Position numbers and translations under genes: made by a program. 64,000 nucleotides of DNA from Spirochaetota bacterium (GTDB lineage: Bacteria > Spirochaetota > UBA12135 > COTS27): positions 51,922-115,921 of the forward strand of contig CBDFMP010000047.1 of NCBI GenBank assembly GCA_965249715.1, read 5' to 3'. Of this stretch, positions 9,401 through 20,110 are shown piece by piece. Within the stretch, counting starts at the first letter, position 1. Every line of letters starts with the position of its first letter. A model generated the notes under the pieces. The model had not been told where the DNA came from. It worked only from the letters and a program-made list of their open reading frames with translations, and searched no databases.

Positions 9401-10095
9401 CTAAGATCCTGCCAATTGAAGATATGCCCTATCTGAGCGACGGCACGCCTATTGATATTGTGCTCAATCCGCTGAGTGTACCTTCACGTATGAATATTGG
9501 ACAGGTCATGGAAATGGTTCTTGGTATGGTCGCTTCTAAACTCAATATACGTTTTGCCACTCCTGTTTTTAACAGTAAGGGTTATGATGTCATTAAGACA
9601 TTGCTGAAACAAGCAGAATTGCCGGAAGATGGAAAGTATGACATTTACGACGGGCGTACGGGAACGATGTTTAGAAATAAAGTGACCGTCGGCGTGATGT
9701 ACTATATGAAATTAGCGCATTTAGCGGACGATAAGATTCATGCACGTTCTACAGGTCCCTACTCACTTGTGACGCAGCAGCCGCTGGGTGGCAAGGCGCA
9801 ATTTGGCGGTCAGCGCGTGGGAGAAATGGAAGTTTGGGCCGTCGAGGCTTACGGTGCAGCTAATATTTTACAAGAGTTTTTGACAGTTAAATCTGATGCC
9901 ATAGAAGGACGCACGCGTATTTATGAAGCTATCGTTAAAGGCGACTTTGTTTCGACACCGGGTGTGCCCGAATCTTTTAATGTATTGGTTCATGAATTGC
10001 GCGGGTTAGGTTTGAATATTGAAATTTTTGATGAAGAGGATAAGGCGGTGACGATTATCCCACAGCGACGTAAGGAACAATTATTCACTAGCTGA
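6454..10095 (+). CDS. rpoB: DNA-directed RNA polymerase subunit beta, with a C4 zinc-ribbon insertion
   Basis: 1213 aa. Rifampicin cluster I ([29 protein letters not shown]) and other hallmark blocks are present. A TTG start at 6454 has a good SD (aaaggagg 5 nt upstream). Alternative ATG starts lie at 6529 and 6604. Confidence 0.93.
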   Translation: [1213 protein letters not shown]

Positions 10096-10131
10096 GCGCG
10101 TGTTTGTTATTTGTAGCAAAAAGGAATCATT

Positions 10132-13100
10132 ATGATGAATTACTCCAAGGTTAAAATAAGCCTAGCCTCCCCGGAAACCATTAAAGGTTGGTCTTACGGC
10201 GAGGTCTTGAAGCCTGAGACCATTAACTATCGCACACTCAGACCGGAAAAAGATGGGCTTTTTTGTGAACGCATCTTTGGCACCACAAAAGATTGGGAGT
10301 GTTTTTGCGGCAAATATAAAAGTATTCGTTATAAAGGGGTCGTCTGCGATCGCTGTGGCGTAGAAATTACACACGCAAAGGTGCGCCGTGAACGCATGGG
10401 GCACATTGAACTGGCTTGCCCGGTTGCGCATATTTGGTTTTATAAAGCAGTGCCCTCGCGCATTGGTTTATTGCTGGACCTTTCTATTGTTGCACTGAAG
10501 TCAATCATTTTTTATGAAAAATACATTATCACAGACCCCGGCGAGGTGCCAGGGCTCAAACTTTACGAGCTGCTCAAAGAAGACGAGTACTATGAACTCA
10601 AAGCTCGTTATCCCAATGACTTTAAGGTGGGAATTGGTGCAGATGTCATTCAGCAATTGCTTTCTGAAGTTGAAATAGAAACAGAGGCAACTACCATTCG
10701 TGAGAAGATGGCTGCTGCGCGTTCCTTGGATCGCCGTAAAATGGTGCGGCTCGCATTGATTGAAGACTTCATGAATTCTACTAATCGTCCTGAGTGGATG
10801 ATTATTAATGTGATCCCGGTGATTCCGCCAGAGCTGCGCCCCATGGTGCAACTGGATGGAGGTCGCTTTGCCACCTCAGATCTCAATGATCTTTACCGTC
10901 GTTTAATCAATCGCAATAATCGTCTTAAAAAATTAATCGCCCTCAAAGCCCCCGATGTAATTCTTAAAAATGAAAAACGCATGTTGCAAGAGTCCGTCGA
11001 TGCACTCTTTGACAATTCACGCCGTAAACGTGCTATCAGCGGCATAGGCAATCGTCCACTCAAATCGCTTTCGGATATCCTTAAAGGCAAACAGGGGCGG
11101 TTTCGCCAGAATTTGTTAGGCAAGCGCGTCGATTATTCAGCGCGTTCAGTGATTGTGGTGGGACCTGAGTTAAAGCTGCATCAGTGCGGCATTCCCAAGA
11201 TAATAGCATTGGAAATCTTTAAGCCCTTTGTTATCAATAAATTAATTGAAAAACAGATTGTTTATAATATTAAGAGCGCTAAACGGCTCATCGAGAGCGA
11301 ATATCCCGAAGTTTGGAGTATTTTGCAGGAGACTGTTGCCGGGCATCCCGTGATTTTAAACCGTGCGCCTACGCTTCACAGATTGGGCATGCAAGCTTTT
11401 GAACCCGTTCTCACTGATGAAAAAGCTATTCGTTTACATCCCTTAGTTTGTTCAGCCTATAATGCTGACTTTGACGGCGATCAAATGGCTGTACACTTGC
11501 CAATGAGCCCAGAGGCACAGATTGAAGCTTGGATATTAATGCTTTCTTCGTTAAATCTTTTTGATCCTGCAAATGGCACACCTATTGTCACACCCACACA
11601 AGATATTGTTTTGGGAACTTATAATTTGACTTCGCTGAGCGATGGTGCTGATGGTGAAGGTAAACGATTTTTCTCGACTGCAGAGGCCATCAAAGCTTAT
11701 GAAAGTGGGTGGGTGGATATTCAAGCGAAGATTCTTGTCCAGCACGATGGAAAAACGCAAAAGACTTCTGTCGGCAGGATCCTGTTTTCACAAATATTGC
11801 CGGAGGGGTTCCCCTTAGTGGATGAAGTGATTGCCGATCATAACTTAGCTCAGGTTATTCAGGCGGTTTATAAGGCTCACGGCAATTATCTTACATCTGT
11901 GATGTTGGATAAACTGAAAGATGTAGGTTTCCATTATTCCACTGTTTTTGCAGATACCATTTCGGTTGAGGATATTCTGATCCCTAAAGAAAAAGATAGA
12001 ATTGTTGACCAGACTCAGGATAAGGTCAAAAAAAATAACGAAGATTATCATGCCGGTGTGATCACTGAAGAGGAACGTTATCAGAAAAATATTTCATTGT
12101 GGACTTATGCTAATGATCAGATCACGCAGCATATGATGGACGAGCTGAAGGCAGATAAACAAGGACATAATTCACTTTATATCATGGCCACCTCAGGTGC
12201 GCGCGGCAGCAAACAGCAGATCAGACAGCTTGCCGGTATGCGCGGCCTCATGGCAAAACCCTCCGGTGAAATTATTGATATGCCGATTATTTCTAATTTT
12301 AAGGAAGGCCTCTCAGTTTTAGAATATTTTATTTCCACACACGGTGCCCGTAAAGGCCTTTCTGATACAGCACTTAAAACGGCTGATGCTGGTTATCTCA
12401 CACGTAAATTGGTGGATATTGCGCAAGACGTGGCCATCACTATGGAAAATTGCGGTACCATCCATGGTATTCAAATTTATCCCATTAAAGTAGGCGATGA
12501 GGTTATTGAAAAACTTTCCAAGCGTGTTGTCGGACGTTTTGCTGCTGATAAGCTCATTAATCCTTATAGTAATGAAATACTCTTGGAAGCAGATCAATTA
12601 GTGACCGAAGAAATGGCTGCTAAAATTGATGAATATGAGATTGAAACTGTTAAAATTCGTACAGTCGTCACTTGTGATGCAGGGCGCGGAATTTGTCAGA
12701 AGTGTTATGGTTTGAATCTTGCCAATGGCGAACTGGTCAATATTGGTGAAGTGGTGGGTATTATTGCTTCGCAGTCCATTGGGCAACCTGGGACACAGCT
12801 GACCATGCGTACTTTTCATATTGGCGGAACGGCTTCATCGGAGGTGCGCGATCCATACTTGCGTTTGTCATACGATAGTGTTCTTGTAGAATTGTCCGAA
12901 AATTTAATCCGCAACCGTGATGATCGTCTGGTGTCCCCGCGGCGCAGCTATATTAAGATTGCCACAGTGCTTGCTAAGTTTACACTTGCGAAGTTGGCAA
13001 AACTTAATGTGAAACATGGTCAGCGTGTTCAGCTGGAACAGGCGATTGGAGTGGATAAAAAAGGTGCAGAAGTGAAAGTAGGGAAGGCGGGGTATGTGTA

Positions 13101-14289
13101 TGTGAGCAAAGATAAAAGTTTGCTCTTACATACTGGCACGCCCTATCAACATCTTTTGGAAATTGGTGCTGTTTTTGAAAAAGAGATTTTTGAATTTATT
13201 GCCACCGATGAAACTATTTATACTTTTGATACCATCACCGAACCCATCATCGCTGAACTTTCCGGGACCATTTCTTATAGTGATGTCATTCTAAATCGCA
13301 CCTTGCGTGAGGAGGTCGATGAGCTGACGGGCGTGACAAATCGCCGCATTATTGCAAGCAAAGAAGACAACCTGCATCCTAAAATGATTATTGTTCCAGC
13401 AAAAGATGAGGCGGTGGCGACAGATATTCCAGTCGGCTCTAATTTGCAGGTGGTCGATGGACAAAAGGTAAAGCAAGGCGATATTCTCTCAGGACGTATT
13501 CGTTCGCTGAAACGCACAACAGATATTACTGGTGGGTTGCCGCGTGTGCAGGAATTATTTGAGGCACGTAATCCCCTCAGGACCGCAGTCGTCGCAGAAA
13601 TTGACGGTATTGTGGAGGTTGGAACGGCGTTTAAGGGCAAACGTGTTGTGGATGTGAAAAATTCGCATACTGAACTTATGGTCAAACATGTTGTTCCCTT
13701 AGCAAAAGCCTTATTGGTGCGCACCGGTGATGAAGTGCGTGTAGGCGATGCTCTCTCTGAAGGGATGAGATCTCCACACGATGTCCTGCGCGTCCATGGT
13801 GAAGTAGAATTATATCGCTTTATCCTGCGCAATATCCAAGAAGTTTATAAACGTCAAGGTGTGAGTATTAATGATAAACATATCGGCGTGATTGTCCGGC
13901 AGATGCTTCGTAAAGTGGAAGTGGTCGATCCAGGCGATACGTCCTGTATCCGTGGGCAGCTCGTGGACAAATTCAGAATTCGTAGGCAAAACGAAAGTGT
14001 GTTTAAGGAAGGCGGGCAACCGGCGGTTGTTAAAAGTGTGCTCTTAGGACTTACCAAAGCTTCGCTTAACACGGAAAGTTTTATTTCTTCAGCGGCATTT
14101 CAAGAAACCACAAAAGTGCTCACCAATGCGGCTATTAAAAATTCTATAGACGAACTTCGCGGGCTTAAAGAGAATATTATCATTGGCAAACGCATACCCG
14201 CCGGCACAGGGGACATCACGTATCAGGATGTTTCGGTGTATAAGGATATTCCAGGGGATCTGCAGCATCTCTTAGAAGTAGGAGATTAA
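10132..14289 (+). CDS. rpoC: DNA-directed RNA polymerase subunit beta'
   Basis: 1385 aa. N-terminal Zn-binding CFCGKY...CDRCG and the NADFDGD catalytic motif. 36-nt spacer after rpoB. Confidence 0.95.
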   Translation: MMNYSKVKISLASPETIKGWSYGEVLKPETINYRTLRPEKDGLFCERIFGTTKDWECFCGKYKSIRYKGVVCDRCGVEITHAKVRRERMGHIELACPVAHIWFYKAVPSRIGLLLDLSIVALKSIIFYEKYIITDPGEVPGLKLYELLKEDEYYELKARYPNDFKVGIGADVIQQLLSEVEIETEATTIREKMAAARSLDRRKMVRLALIEDFMNSTNRPEWMIINVIPVIPPELRPMVQLDGGRFATSDLNDLYRRLINRNNRLKKLIALKAPDVILKNEKRMLQESVDALFDNSRRKRAISGIGNRPLKSLSDILKGKQGRFRQNLLGKRVDYSARSVIVVGPELKLHQCGIPKIIALEIFKPFVINKLIEKQIVYNIKSAKRLIESEYPEVWSILQETVAGHPVILNRAPTLHRLGMQAFEPVLTDEKAIRLHPLVCSAYNADFDGDQMAVHLPMSPEAQIEAWILMLSSLNLFDPANGTPIVTPTQDIVLGTYNLTSLSDGADGEGKRFFSTAEAIKAYESGWVDIQAKILVQHDGKTQKTSVGRILFSQILPEGFPLVDEVIADHNLAQVIQAVYKAHGNYLTSVMLDKLKDVGFHYSTVFADTISVEDILIPKEKDRIVDQTQDKVKKNNEDYHAGVITEEERYQKNISLWTYANDQITQHMMDELKADKQGHNSLYIMATSGARGSKQQIRQLAGMRGLMAKPSGEIIDMPIISNFKEGLSVLEYFISTHGARKGLSDTALKTADAGYLTRKLVDIAQDVAITMENCGTIHGIQIYPIKVGDEVIEKLSKRVVGRFAADKLINPYSNEILLEADQLVTEEMAAKIDEYEIETVKIRTVVTCDAGRGICQKCYGLNLANGELVNIGEVVGIIASQSIGQPGTQLTMRTFHIGGTASSEVRDPYLRLSYDSVLVELSENLIRNRDDRLVSPRRSYIKIATVLAKFTLAKLAKLNVKHGQRVQLEQAIGVDKKGAEVKVGKAGYVYVSKDKSLLLHTGTPYQHLLEIGAVFEKEIFEFIATDETIYTFDTITEPIIAELSGTISYSDVILNRTLREEVDELTGVTNRRIIASKEDNLHPKMIIVPAKDEAVATDIPVGSNLQVVDGQKVKQGDILSGRIRSLKRTTDITGGLPRVQELFEARNPLRTAVVAEIDGIVEVGTAFKGKRVVDVKNSHTELMVKHVVPLAKALLVRTGDEVRVGDALSEGMRSPHDVLRVHGEVELYRFILRNIQEVYKRQGVSINDKHIGVIVRQMLRKVEVVDPGDTSCIRGQLVDKFRIRRQNESVFKEGGQPAVVKSVLLGLTKASLNTESFISSAAFQETTKVLTNAAIKNSIDELRGLKENIIIGKRIPAGTGDITYQDVSVYKDIPGDLQHLLEVGD

Positions 14290-14317
14290 ACAATATTGTT
14301 AGCTGCATGGCGGGAAC

Positions 14318-15133
14318 TTGTTTGGGGTTTATACGCTGTATCAGTTGGGAGCGGATATGTTGGGTAGTACTGAAAAAAATCGCCAGATTAAAATAATTCG
14401 TATGCAATACGAAGAGCTTTCCACTAAGTGGGGCCATAATGTCAAAGAACTGGTGACACGTTTTGAAAAAAGATTTCAAGAGGCACGTAAGAATAAACAG
14501 GATATGGGAGTCTTTTTTACAGCGGAAAATGAGGCTATTAAGATCTTTGAAGAGCGCTTGCGCGATGGAGCTGATGAAGAGGAGCAAGAGCTGGAAAGGG
14601 AAGCTGAACAAAATTCCCCCGCTACTGGGCATCATGTTTCTACTATTGCTGAATATACGAATTATGAGCGTATTCATATTCATGAAAATGCATCAGCGGA
14701 GATTGAACATTTGTTTGGAGCGATGGTGGACTTCTCCAAGAAGCTTTTGCCTGTTTTGGAAGAGGTGCGTAAGCTTATTCGCGATAAAGCTTATCACAGC
14801 ATGAGTTATGAAATAGAGACTTTATTGCAAGATATCAGTCTTCAGCAGGAAGGGCGGCTGCCGAATGTATTTTCTGTTTATCGGGCAAAAGTTGTGCGCG
14901 CACGTAGCGGTGGAGAAGCTGAACGTGCACGTGCAGAGCCATTTAAGGCTATTTTAAATATTGCTCGTAAAGTCAAACGTTTGGGACGCTGGATTGAAAA
15001 TCATCATAGTAAGCTGCCCGCGTATATGCATGTCACCTACGATGGTGAAGGCCATTCGGCGCGCGAACTGGCAGTGATATCCGATGTGCAGCACATTGTG
15101 CGCAGTTTCGGATTGCAGGATTTTGCAGAATAA
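14318..15133 (+). CDS. hypothetical acidic protein
   Basis: 271-aa ORF directly downstream of rpoC with an Asp/Glu-rich middle segment. No family recognised. Its last ~55 nt seed the first unit of the tandem array that follows. Start could also be the M at 14354. Confidence 0.45.
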   Translation: MFGVYTLYQLGADMLGSTEKNRQIKIIRMQYEELSTKWGHNVKELVTRFEKRFQEARKNKQDMGVFFTAENEAIKIFEERLRDGADEEEQELEREAEQNSPATGHHVSTIAEYTNYERIHIHENASAEIEHLFGAMVDFSKKLLPVLEEVRKLIRDKAYHSMSYEIETLLQDISLQQEGRLPNVFSVYRAKVVRARSGGEAERARAEPFKAILNIARKVKRLGRWIENHHSKLPAYMHVTYDGEGHSARELAVISDVQHIVRSFGLQDFAE

Positions 15134-16245
15134 AAACGTCTAGCTTGGCAGTGCGGTTGTGCTTTGCGTGCTGGTCGCGCTTAGCGGCTGAGCCAGCTTT
15201 TCCAGCATTCGCCAATAAGTGTGCCTCCCACGGCGATGGCAATGACTGCAGGTGCAGCTGGAATATCTGACTATATGCTAAAAAAGATACCAAATCCTAT
15301 ATAAAATATATTCAGCAGGCTAGCGTAAACCATGGCACTGAATAAACTACGCGCGAACAGGAGCCGCAGTAGCGGCACCCAGCGCGCAAAAAGCGCGATG
15401 ATGAGGGTTATCCCTACTGCCTGAATGAGCGTGACAATGGCACAGGCACACAATAAGAGCAATCCCAGATGCAGGCGTTTAGTGGGAACTTTTTGTTAAG
15501 CTGATATCCGATGTGCAGCACATTGTGCGCAGTTTCGGATTGCAGGATTTTGCAGAATAAAAACGTCTAGCTTGGCAGTGCGGTTGTGTTTTGCGTGCTG
15601 GTCGCGCTTAGCGGCTGAGCCAGCGCTTTTCCAGCATTTGCCAATAAGTGTCCCACGGCGATGGCACTGAATAAGCTTACGCGCAAACAGGAGCCACAGT
15701 AGCGGCACCCAGCGCGCAAAAAGCGCGATGATGAGGGTGATCCCTACTGGAATGAGCGTGACAATGGCACAGGCACACAATAAGAGCAATCCCAGATGCA
15801 GGCGTTTAGTGGGAACTTTTCGTTAAGCTGATATCCGATGTGCAGCACATTGTGCGCTTCGGATTGCAGGATTTTGCAGAATAAAAACGTCTAGCTTGGC
15901 AGTGCGGTTGTGTTTTGCGTGCTGGCCGCGCTTAGCGGCTGAGCCAGCTTTTCCAGCATTCGCCAATAAGTGTGCCTCCCACGGCGATGGCAATGACTGC
16001 AGGTGCAGCTGGAATATCTGACCATACGCTAAAAAAGATACCAAATCCTATATAAAATATATTCAGCAGGCTGGCGTAAACCATGGCACTGAATAAACTA
16101 CGCGCGAACAGGAGCGCAGTAGCGGCACCCAGCGCAAAAAGCGCGATGATGAGGGTTATCCCTACTGCCTGAATGAGCGTGACAATGGCACAGGCACACA
16201 ATAAGAGCAACCCCAGATGCAGGCGTTTAGTGGGAACTTTTCTGA
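15077..16245. repeat. complex tandem array of three units (about 427, 327 and 415 bp). Each unit is the last ~55 bp of gene 14318..15133 plus the spacer plus the last ~300 bp of the permease gene (minus strand)
   Basis: Units begin with atatccgatgtgcagcacattgtgcg at 15077, 15504 and 15831. Copies differ by transitions, small indels and a ~100-bp internal deletion in unit 2. Only the last permease copy joins a full gene. The ORF-track pieces 15033..15293, 15271..15462, 15496..15789 and 15823..16044 are these fragments. Confidence 0.85.
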
Positions 16246-16783
16246 GAATGGCATAGTTTCGCTCGATGAAACTTAATTGCAGCTGGCGATAGCTTAAGAG
16301 AATAAAACCGATACTTGCAATGAGGACAGCTGTAATGAGTAACAGCTGAGTGTTGGTAATCAAAAAGAGTTCGCCAAAGAGCAGCGCTGAGAGGCTAGCT
16401 CCCAGCTGTTGTGTTTTTGTCAAAAAAATAATACCGCCGGCAATGCCGCTTGCCCAGAAGAGACTCAGCACAGTGTCTAATTTTGGACTTTCGCGCGCGC
16501 TCAGTACAGCAATGACAACTGCTGCACTCAGTGCTACGCTCAACGCACCCAGGAATGGGAAATTTAATGTGGCGCTCCATGTAGCTGGCAGCTGTTGATT
16601 GAGCAGCAACCCTAGGGCAATGCCGCCAAAACAGGTATGCGCTAAGCTTCCCGCCACATAAAGCAAACGTCGCGCAACAAGCAGTGTTCCCAGGATGCCG
16701 CTGAGTAGCCCCAAGGGGATGGCGCTTAACAGTGCGCGTTGAATAAAAGGTTCATTGAGATAAGCTTGCAGTTGTGTGAACAT
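15932..16783 (-). CDS. znuB: metal ABC transporter permease (ABC-3 / ZnuB-TroC family)
   Basis: 283 aa and polytopic. N-terminus MFTQLQAYLNEPFIQRALLSAIPLGLLSGILGTLLVARRL is typical of ZnuB/MntB permeases. Substrate could be Zn or Mn. Confidence 0.8.
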   Translation of the reverse strand: MFTQLQAYLNEPFIQRALLSAIPLGLLSGILGTLLVARRLLYVAGSLAHTCFGGIALGLLLNQQLPATWSATLNFPFLGALSVALSAAVVIAVLSARESPKLDTVLSLFWASGIAGGIIFLTKTQQLGASLSALLFGELFLITNTQLLLITAVLIASIGFILLSYRQLQLSFIERNYAILRKVPTKRLHLGLLLLCACAIVTLIQAVGITLIIALFALGAATALLFARSLFSAMVYASLLNIFYIGFGIFFSVWSDIPAAPAVIAIAVGGTLIGECWKSWLSR

Positions 16784-18052
16784 GGGAATGATAGAATGTC
16801 AATGTTTGTACAGGGTTGGCTGGATAATGGGCGGTGTTGAGGATGGTCTGCGGTTCTTAATCATGATAATGCGAATGGCTTAACATGGCGATTGTTTGCG
16901 GGTAGAGCTTAGCAGTACATTGTTTGTCAGGTATGCGCTAAGCTTCCCGCCACAGTAAACAAACGTCGCGCAACAAACAGTGTTCCCTGGATACCGCTGA
17001 GCAGCCCCAAGGGAATGGAGCTTAACAGAGTGCGCGTTGAATAAAAGGTTCATTGAGCTAAGCTTGCAAGTGTGCGAACATGGGAATGATAGAATGTCGA
17101 TGGTTGTACAGGATTGGCTGGATGCTGGGCGGCATTGAGGATGGTCTGCGGCTCTTAATCATGATAATGCGAGTGGTTTAACATGGCGATTGTTTGCGGG
17201 TAGAGCTTAGCAGTACATTGTTTGTCAGGTATGCGCTAAGCTTCCCGCCACAGTAAAGCAAACGTCGCGCAACAAACAGTGTTCCCTGGATACCGCTGAG
17301 CAGCCCCAAGGGAATGGAGCTTAACAGAGTGCGCGTTGAATAAAAGGTTCATTGAGATAAGCTTGCAAGTTGTGTGAACATGGGAATGATAGAATGTCAA
17401 TGTTTGTACAGGGTTGGCTGGATGCTGGGCGGCGTTGAGGATGGTCTGCGGCTCTTAATCATGATAATGCGAATGGTTTAACATGGCGATTGTTTGCGGG
17501 TAGAGCTTAGCAGTACATTGTTTGTCAGGTATGCGCTAAGCTTCCCGCCACAGTAAAGCAAACATCGCGCAACAAGCAGTGTTCCCAGGATACCGCTGAG
17601 CAGCCCCAAGGGAATGGAGTTTAACAGAGTGCGCGTTGAATAAAAGGTTCATTGAGCTAAGCTTGCAAGTGTGCGAACATGGGAATGATAGAATGTCGAT
17701 GGTTGTACAGGATTGGCTGGATGCTGGGCGGCATTGAGGATGGTCTGCGGCTCTTAATCATGATAATGCGAATGGTTTAACATGGCGATTGTTTGCGGGT
17801 AGAGCTTAGCAGTACATTGTTTGTCAGGTATGCGCTAAGCTTCCCGCCACAGTAAAGCAAACGTCGCGCAACAAGCAGTGTTCCCAGGATACCGCTGAGC
17901 AGCCCCAAGGGAATGGAGCTTAACAGAGTGCGCGTTGAATAAAAGGTTCATTGAGCTAAGCTTGCAAGTGTGTGAACATGGGGATGATAAAATGTCAATG
18001 TTTGTACAGGGTTGGCTGGATGCTGGGCGGCGTTGAGGATGGTCTGCGGCTC
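16784..18052. repeat. four extra ~300-bp tandem units between znuC and znuB. Each unit is the znuC 3' end plus the intercistronic spacer plus the znuB 5' end
   Basis: The znuC 3'-end marker catgataatgcgaatgg recurs at about 16863, 17163, 17463, 17762 and 18061 (last is genuine). The permease start cat...gaacatgggaatgatagaatgtc recurs at 16783 (genuine) and about 17080, 17380, 17678, 17977. Copies are diverged by SNPs and indels, and several pseudo-starts carry in-frame stops. Confidence 0.85.
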
Positions 18053-18937
18053 TTAATCATGATAATGCGAATGGTTTAACATGGCGATTGTTTGCGGGTA
18101 AAGCTTAGCGAGTGCATTGTTTGTGAACGCTGTTTTGGAAATGGTATGTACGGATTGTTTGACACAGAGCAGCTGATTGGAGAATTTGGGAGCTGCGTTG
18201 GTGTCATGTGAAACAATGAGAATGGTTTTGCCTTCAGCGCGCAGCTCTTGCAAAAGTTTATAAAAATGTGCTTCCGACTCTTCGTCAAGATTGGCAGTGG
18301 GTTCATCGAATAACAGGATGGGGGCATTGCTGATGAGTGCGCGTGCAATAGCGGCACGTTGCCGCTGTCCGGCAGAAAGTGTTATCAGCGGTACCGCAGT
18401 GAGTGCCTCCATTCCCACACGCAGCAAGGCCTTGTGAATACGCTCACGGCGTGCAGGCATGGCGGTGCGGATATTTTGGACAAATTGCCTAACTTGCTGC
18501 TTTAAAGACGGCAGTACAGGCTGAGCACTACGGATAGGGGATGATGGTTGTGAACGCTCAGTTTGTATGACGCCGCCCACACAACCAAGTGCAACATATT
18601 CTCCCAAACAAAGTGGAAAGGGGATGGGGGTGCCATGGCCGTAAGCAGCTGGCTGTTGTAAAACGCCATTGATGTAACGGCTGGGGAGCATGGCGGGTGT
18701 TAGCCCAGCAATATTGATGTTTCCCATTGTGGGATTGAGTTTGCCGCTGATGAGCATGAGGCACGTGGTTTTACCGCCGCCATTGGGGCCCAGTAAGGTA
18801 ACAATTTCACCTGCGGAGATGCTGAAACTAACAGCTTTAAGTGTTGGCTGGATTTGTGTGGGATAACGAAACGTGACCTTGTCGAAACACACTAGGGGCT
18901 TACCTTGCTGAGTGGTGGCGGCGGCGGTGATCGGCAT
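18053..18937 (-). CDS. znuC: metal ABC transporter ATP-binding protein (ZnuC-like)
   Basis: Walker A GPNGGGKT, signature LSAGQRQRAAIARAL, Walker B LLFDEP. Preferred start is MPITAAATTQQGKPLVCFDKV at 18937. The ORF track extends it to 19045, overlapping znuA. Confidence 0.8.
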   Translation of the reverse strand: MPITAAATTQQGKPLVCFDKVTFRYPTQIQPTLKAVSFSISAGEIVTLLGPNGGGKTTCLMLISGKLNPTMGNINIAGLTPAMLPSRYINGVLQQPAAYGHGTPIPFPLCLGEYVALGCVGGVIQTERSQPSSPIRSAQPVLPSLKQQVRQFVQNIRTAMPARRERIHKALLRVGMEALTAVPLITLSAGQRQRAAIARALISNAPILLFDEPTANLDEESEAHFYKLLQELRAEGKTILIVSHDTNAAPKFSNQLLCVKQSVHTISKTAFTNNALAKLYPQTIAMLNHSHYHD

Positions 18938-18992
18938 GGTTTTTTCAGGAGGAGCCGCTGCTGTTGGCAGTAGGCAGTAGGGATGCTGAGCT

Positions 18993-20066
18993 TTAGGGAA
19001 GCTGAAGCTTGGCAAAAGCGGTGAAGATTTTATCAAGTGTGGCAATGCCAGAGGTGCCGGTAGGATTCACTTGTAAATGGCTTAGTGAAGCAGCCACCGT
19101 TGGTGCCAGCTGGCTTTGAAGTCCGCTAAAATATTGGCTGTCATGCGGGGTGGTGATAACAAACTTATGTGTTGCGTGACTAAGAGCTGTGGTGAAACGT
19201 TTTAGCTGGCTGGGTGTTGGGGCAATGTGATCATCCTTGCTGAGTGAAATGACCTTGAGCGCTAACGGGGCATAAACATATTCCAGCTCTATTAATAGGG
19301 GATGAAGCGTGAAGAGTGTTTTTTCCTCAGCGTGGTTTATGGTCTGAACAATAAACTTATCCAGCTTGGCAATGCGTGTTTGATATTCGCTGAGCTTGTT
19401 TTGGTACAGCTGTGCATGAGCGGGCTGTTCAGCACTCAGTGCCTTAGCAACTAGCTCCGCCAGCTGCCTAAGTGAAGAGGGTGCCAACCAAGGATGAAAA
19501 CTGGCTGGAGGTACATTGTTAGCAGCAGCTTGATGGACTTCGTGCTGAGGCAGCTCTGTGGGGGGTTCATGGGTTTGATCATGATTGTTAAGGTTCAAAG
19601 CGTGCGTGTCAACGTGCGTATACTCAGCGTCATGAATAATGGCGTTATTTTGTTCGTTATAAAATGAAACGATCCGTATTTGCGGGTTCAGTGCGCGAAT
19701 TTTGGGCAGCAGTGGTTTTTCCAACTCCAGTCCTACACTTATGTATAAAGCTAAGTGTTTGAACTTTTGAATAGTCTGCGGTTTTAAGTGGAAGAAGTGC
19801 GGATCATCATTGCCATCGCTGAGCGTGATAATTTCTACGCGCTGCGGTGCAGCTTGTTGCGCGTGTTGATACTGCCACTCAGCGGCAATCGCTGCAATAA
19901 TGCTGCCAATAGCAGGGATGGCACAGCCAACCCGAAGTGGTGCAGCACTGAGTGGTGATCTCAGCAATAATACGACTAACAATCCCCAAATTATTAATGG
20001 CAATAATTGTAATTGTGAGGAGCGCAAGGAAAACATTAAATGGTTGAGCTTGTTATGGAACAGCAT
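18993..20066 (-). CDS. znuA: periplasmic metal-binding protein (ZnuA/TroA family)
   Basis: 357 aa with a signal peptide. DPHFFHLKP matches the DPHxWLxP metal-site motif. A His/Glu-rich loop (HDQTHEPPTELPQHEVH) is like the ZnuA zinc loop. Confidence 0.8.
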   Translation of the reverse strand: MLFHNKLNHLMFSLRSSQLQLLPLIIWGLLVVLLLRSPLSAAPLRVGCAIPAIGSIIAAIAAEWQYQHAQQAAPQRVEIITLSDGNDDPHFFHLKPQTIQKFKHLALYISVGLELEKPLLPKIRALNPQIRIVSFYNEQNNAIIHDAEYTHVDTHALNLNNHDQTHEPPTELPQHEVHQAAANNVPPASFHPWLAPSSLRQLAELVAKALSAEQPAHAQLYQNKLSEYQTRIAKLDKFIVQTINHAEEKTLFTLHPLLIELEYVYAPLALKVISLSKDDHIAPTPSQLKRFTTALSHATHKFVITTPHDSQYFSGLQSQLAPTVAASLSHLQVNPTGTSGIATLDKIFTAFAKLQLP

Positions 20067-20110
20067 AGAGTTTTTTTTATAGTTTGTTTACACGCTGCCA
20101 TGCACGAGTA

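Noticed and set aside
6796-14072. Numerous antisense or alternate-frame ORFs inside rpoB and rpoC (e.g. 7080..7394, 10501..10851, 13275..13832)
   Set aside because: They are embedded in strongly conserved RNAP coding sequence on the opposite strand or another frame. Typical spurious ORFs.
15033-16044. ORFs 15033..15293, 15271..15462, 15496..15789 and 15823..16044 as independent genes
   Set aside because: They translate duplicated fragments of the permease 3' end, or their shifted frames, inside the tandem array.
15077-18052. Possibility that the 300-430-bp tandem arrays are CRISPR arrays
   Set aside because: There are no short constant repeats separated by unique spacers. Whole units are near-identical copies of adjacent gene sequence. 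No cas genes.
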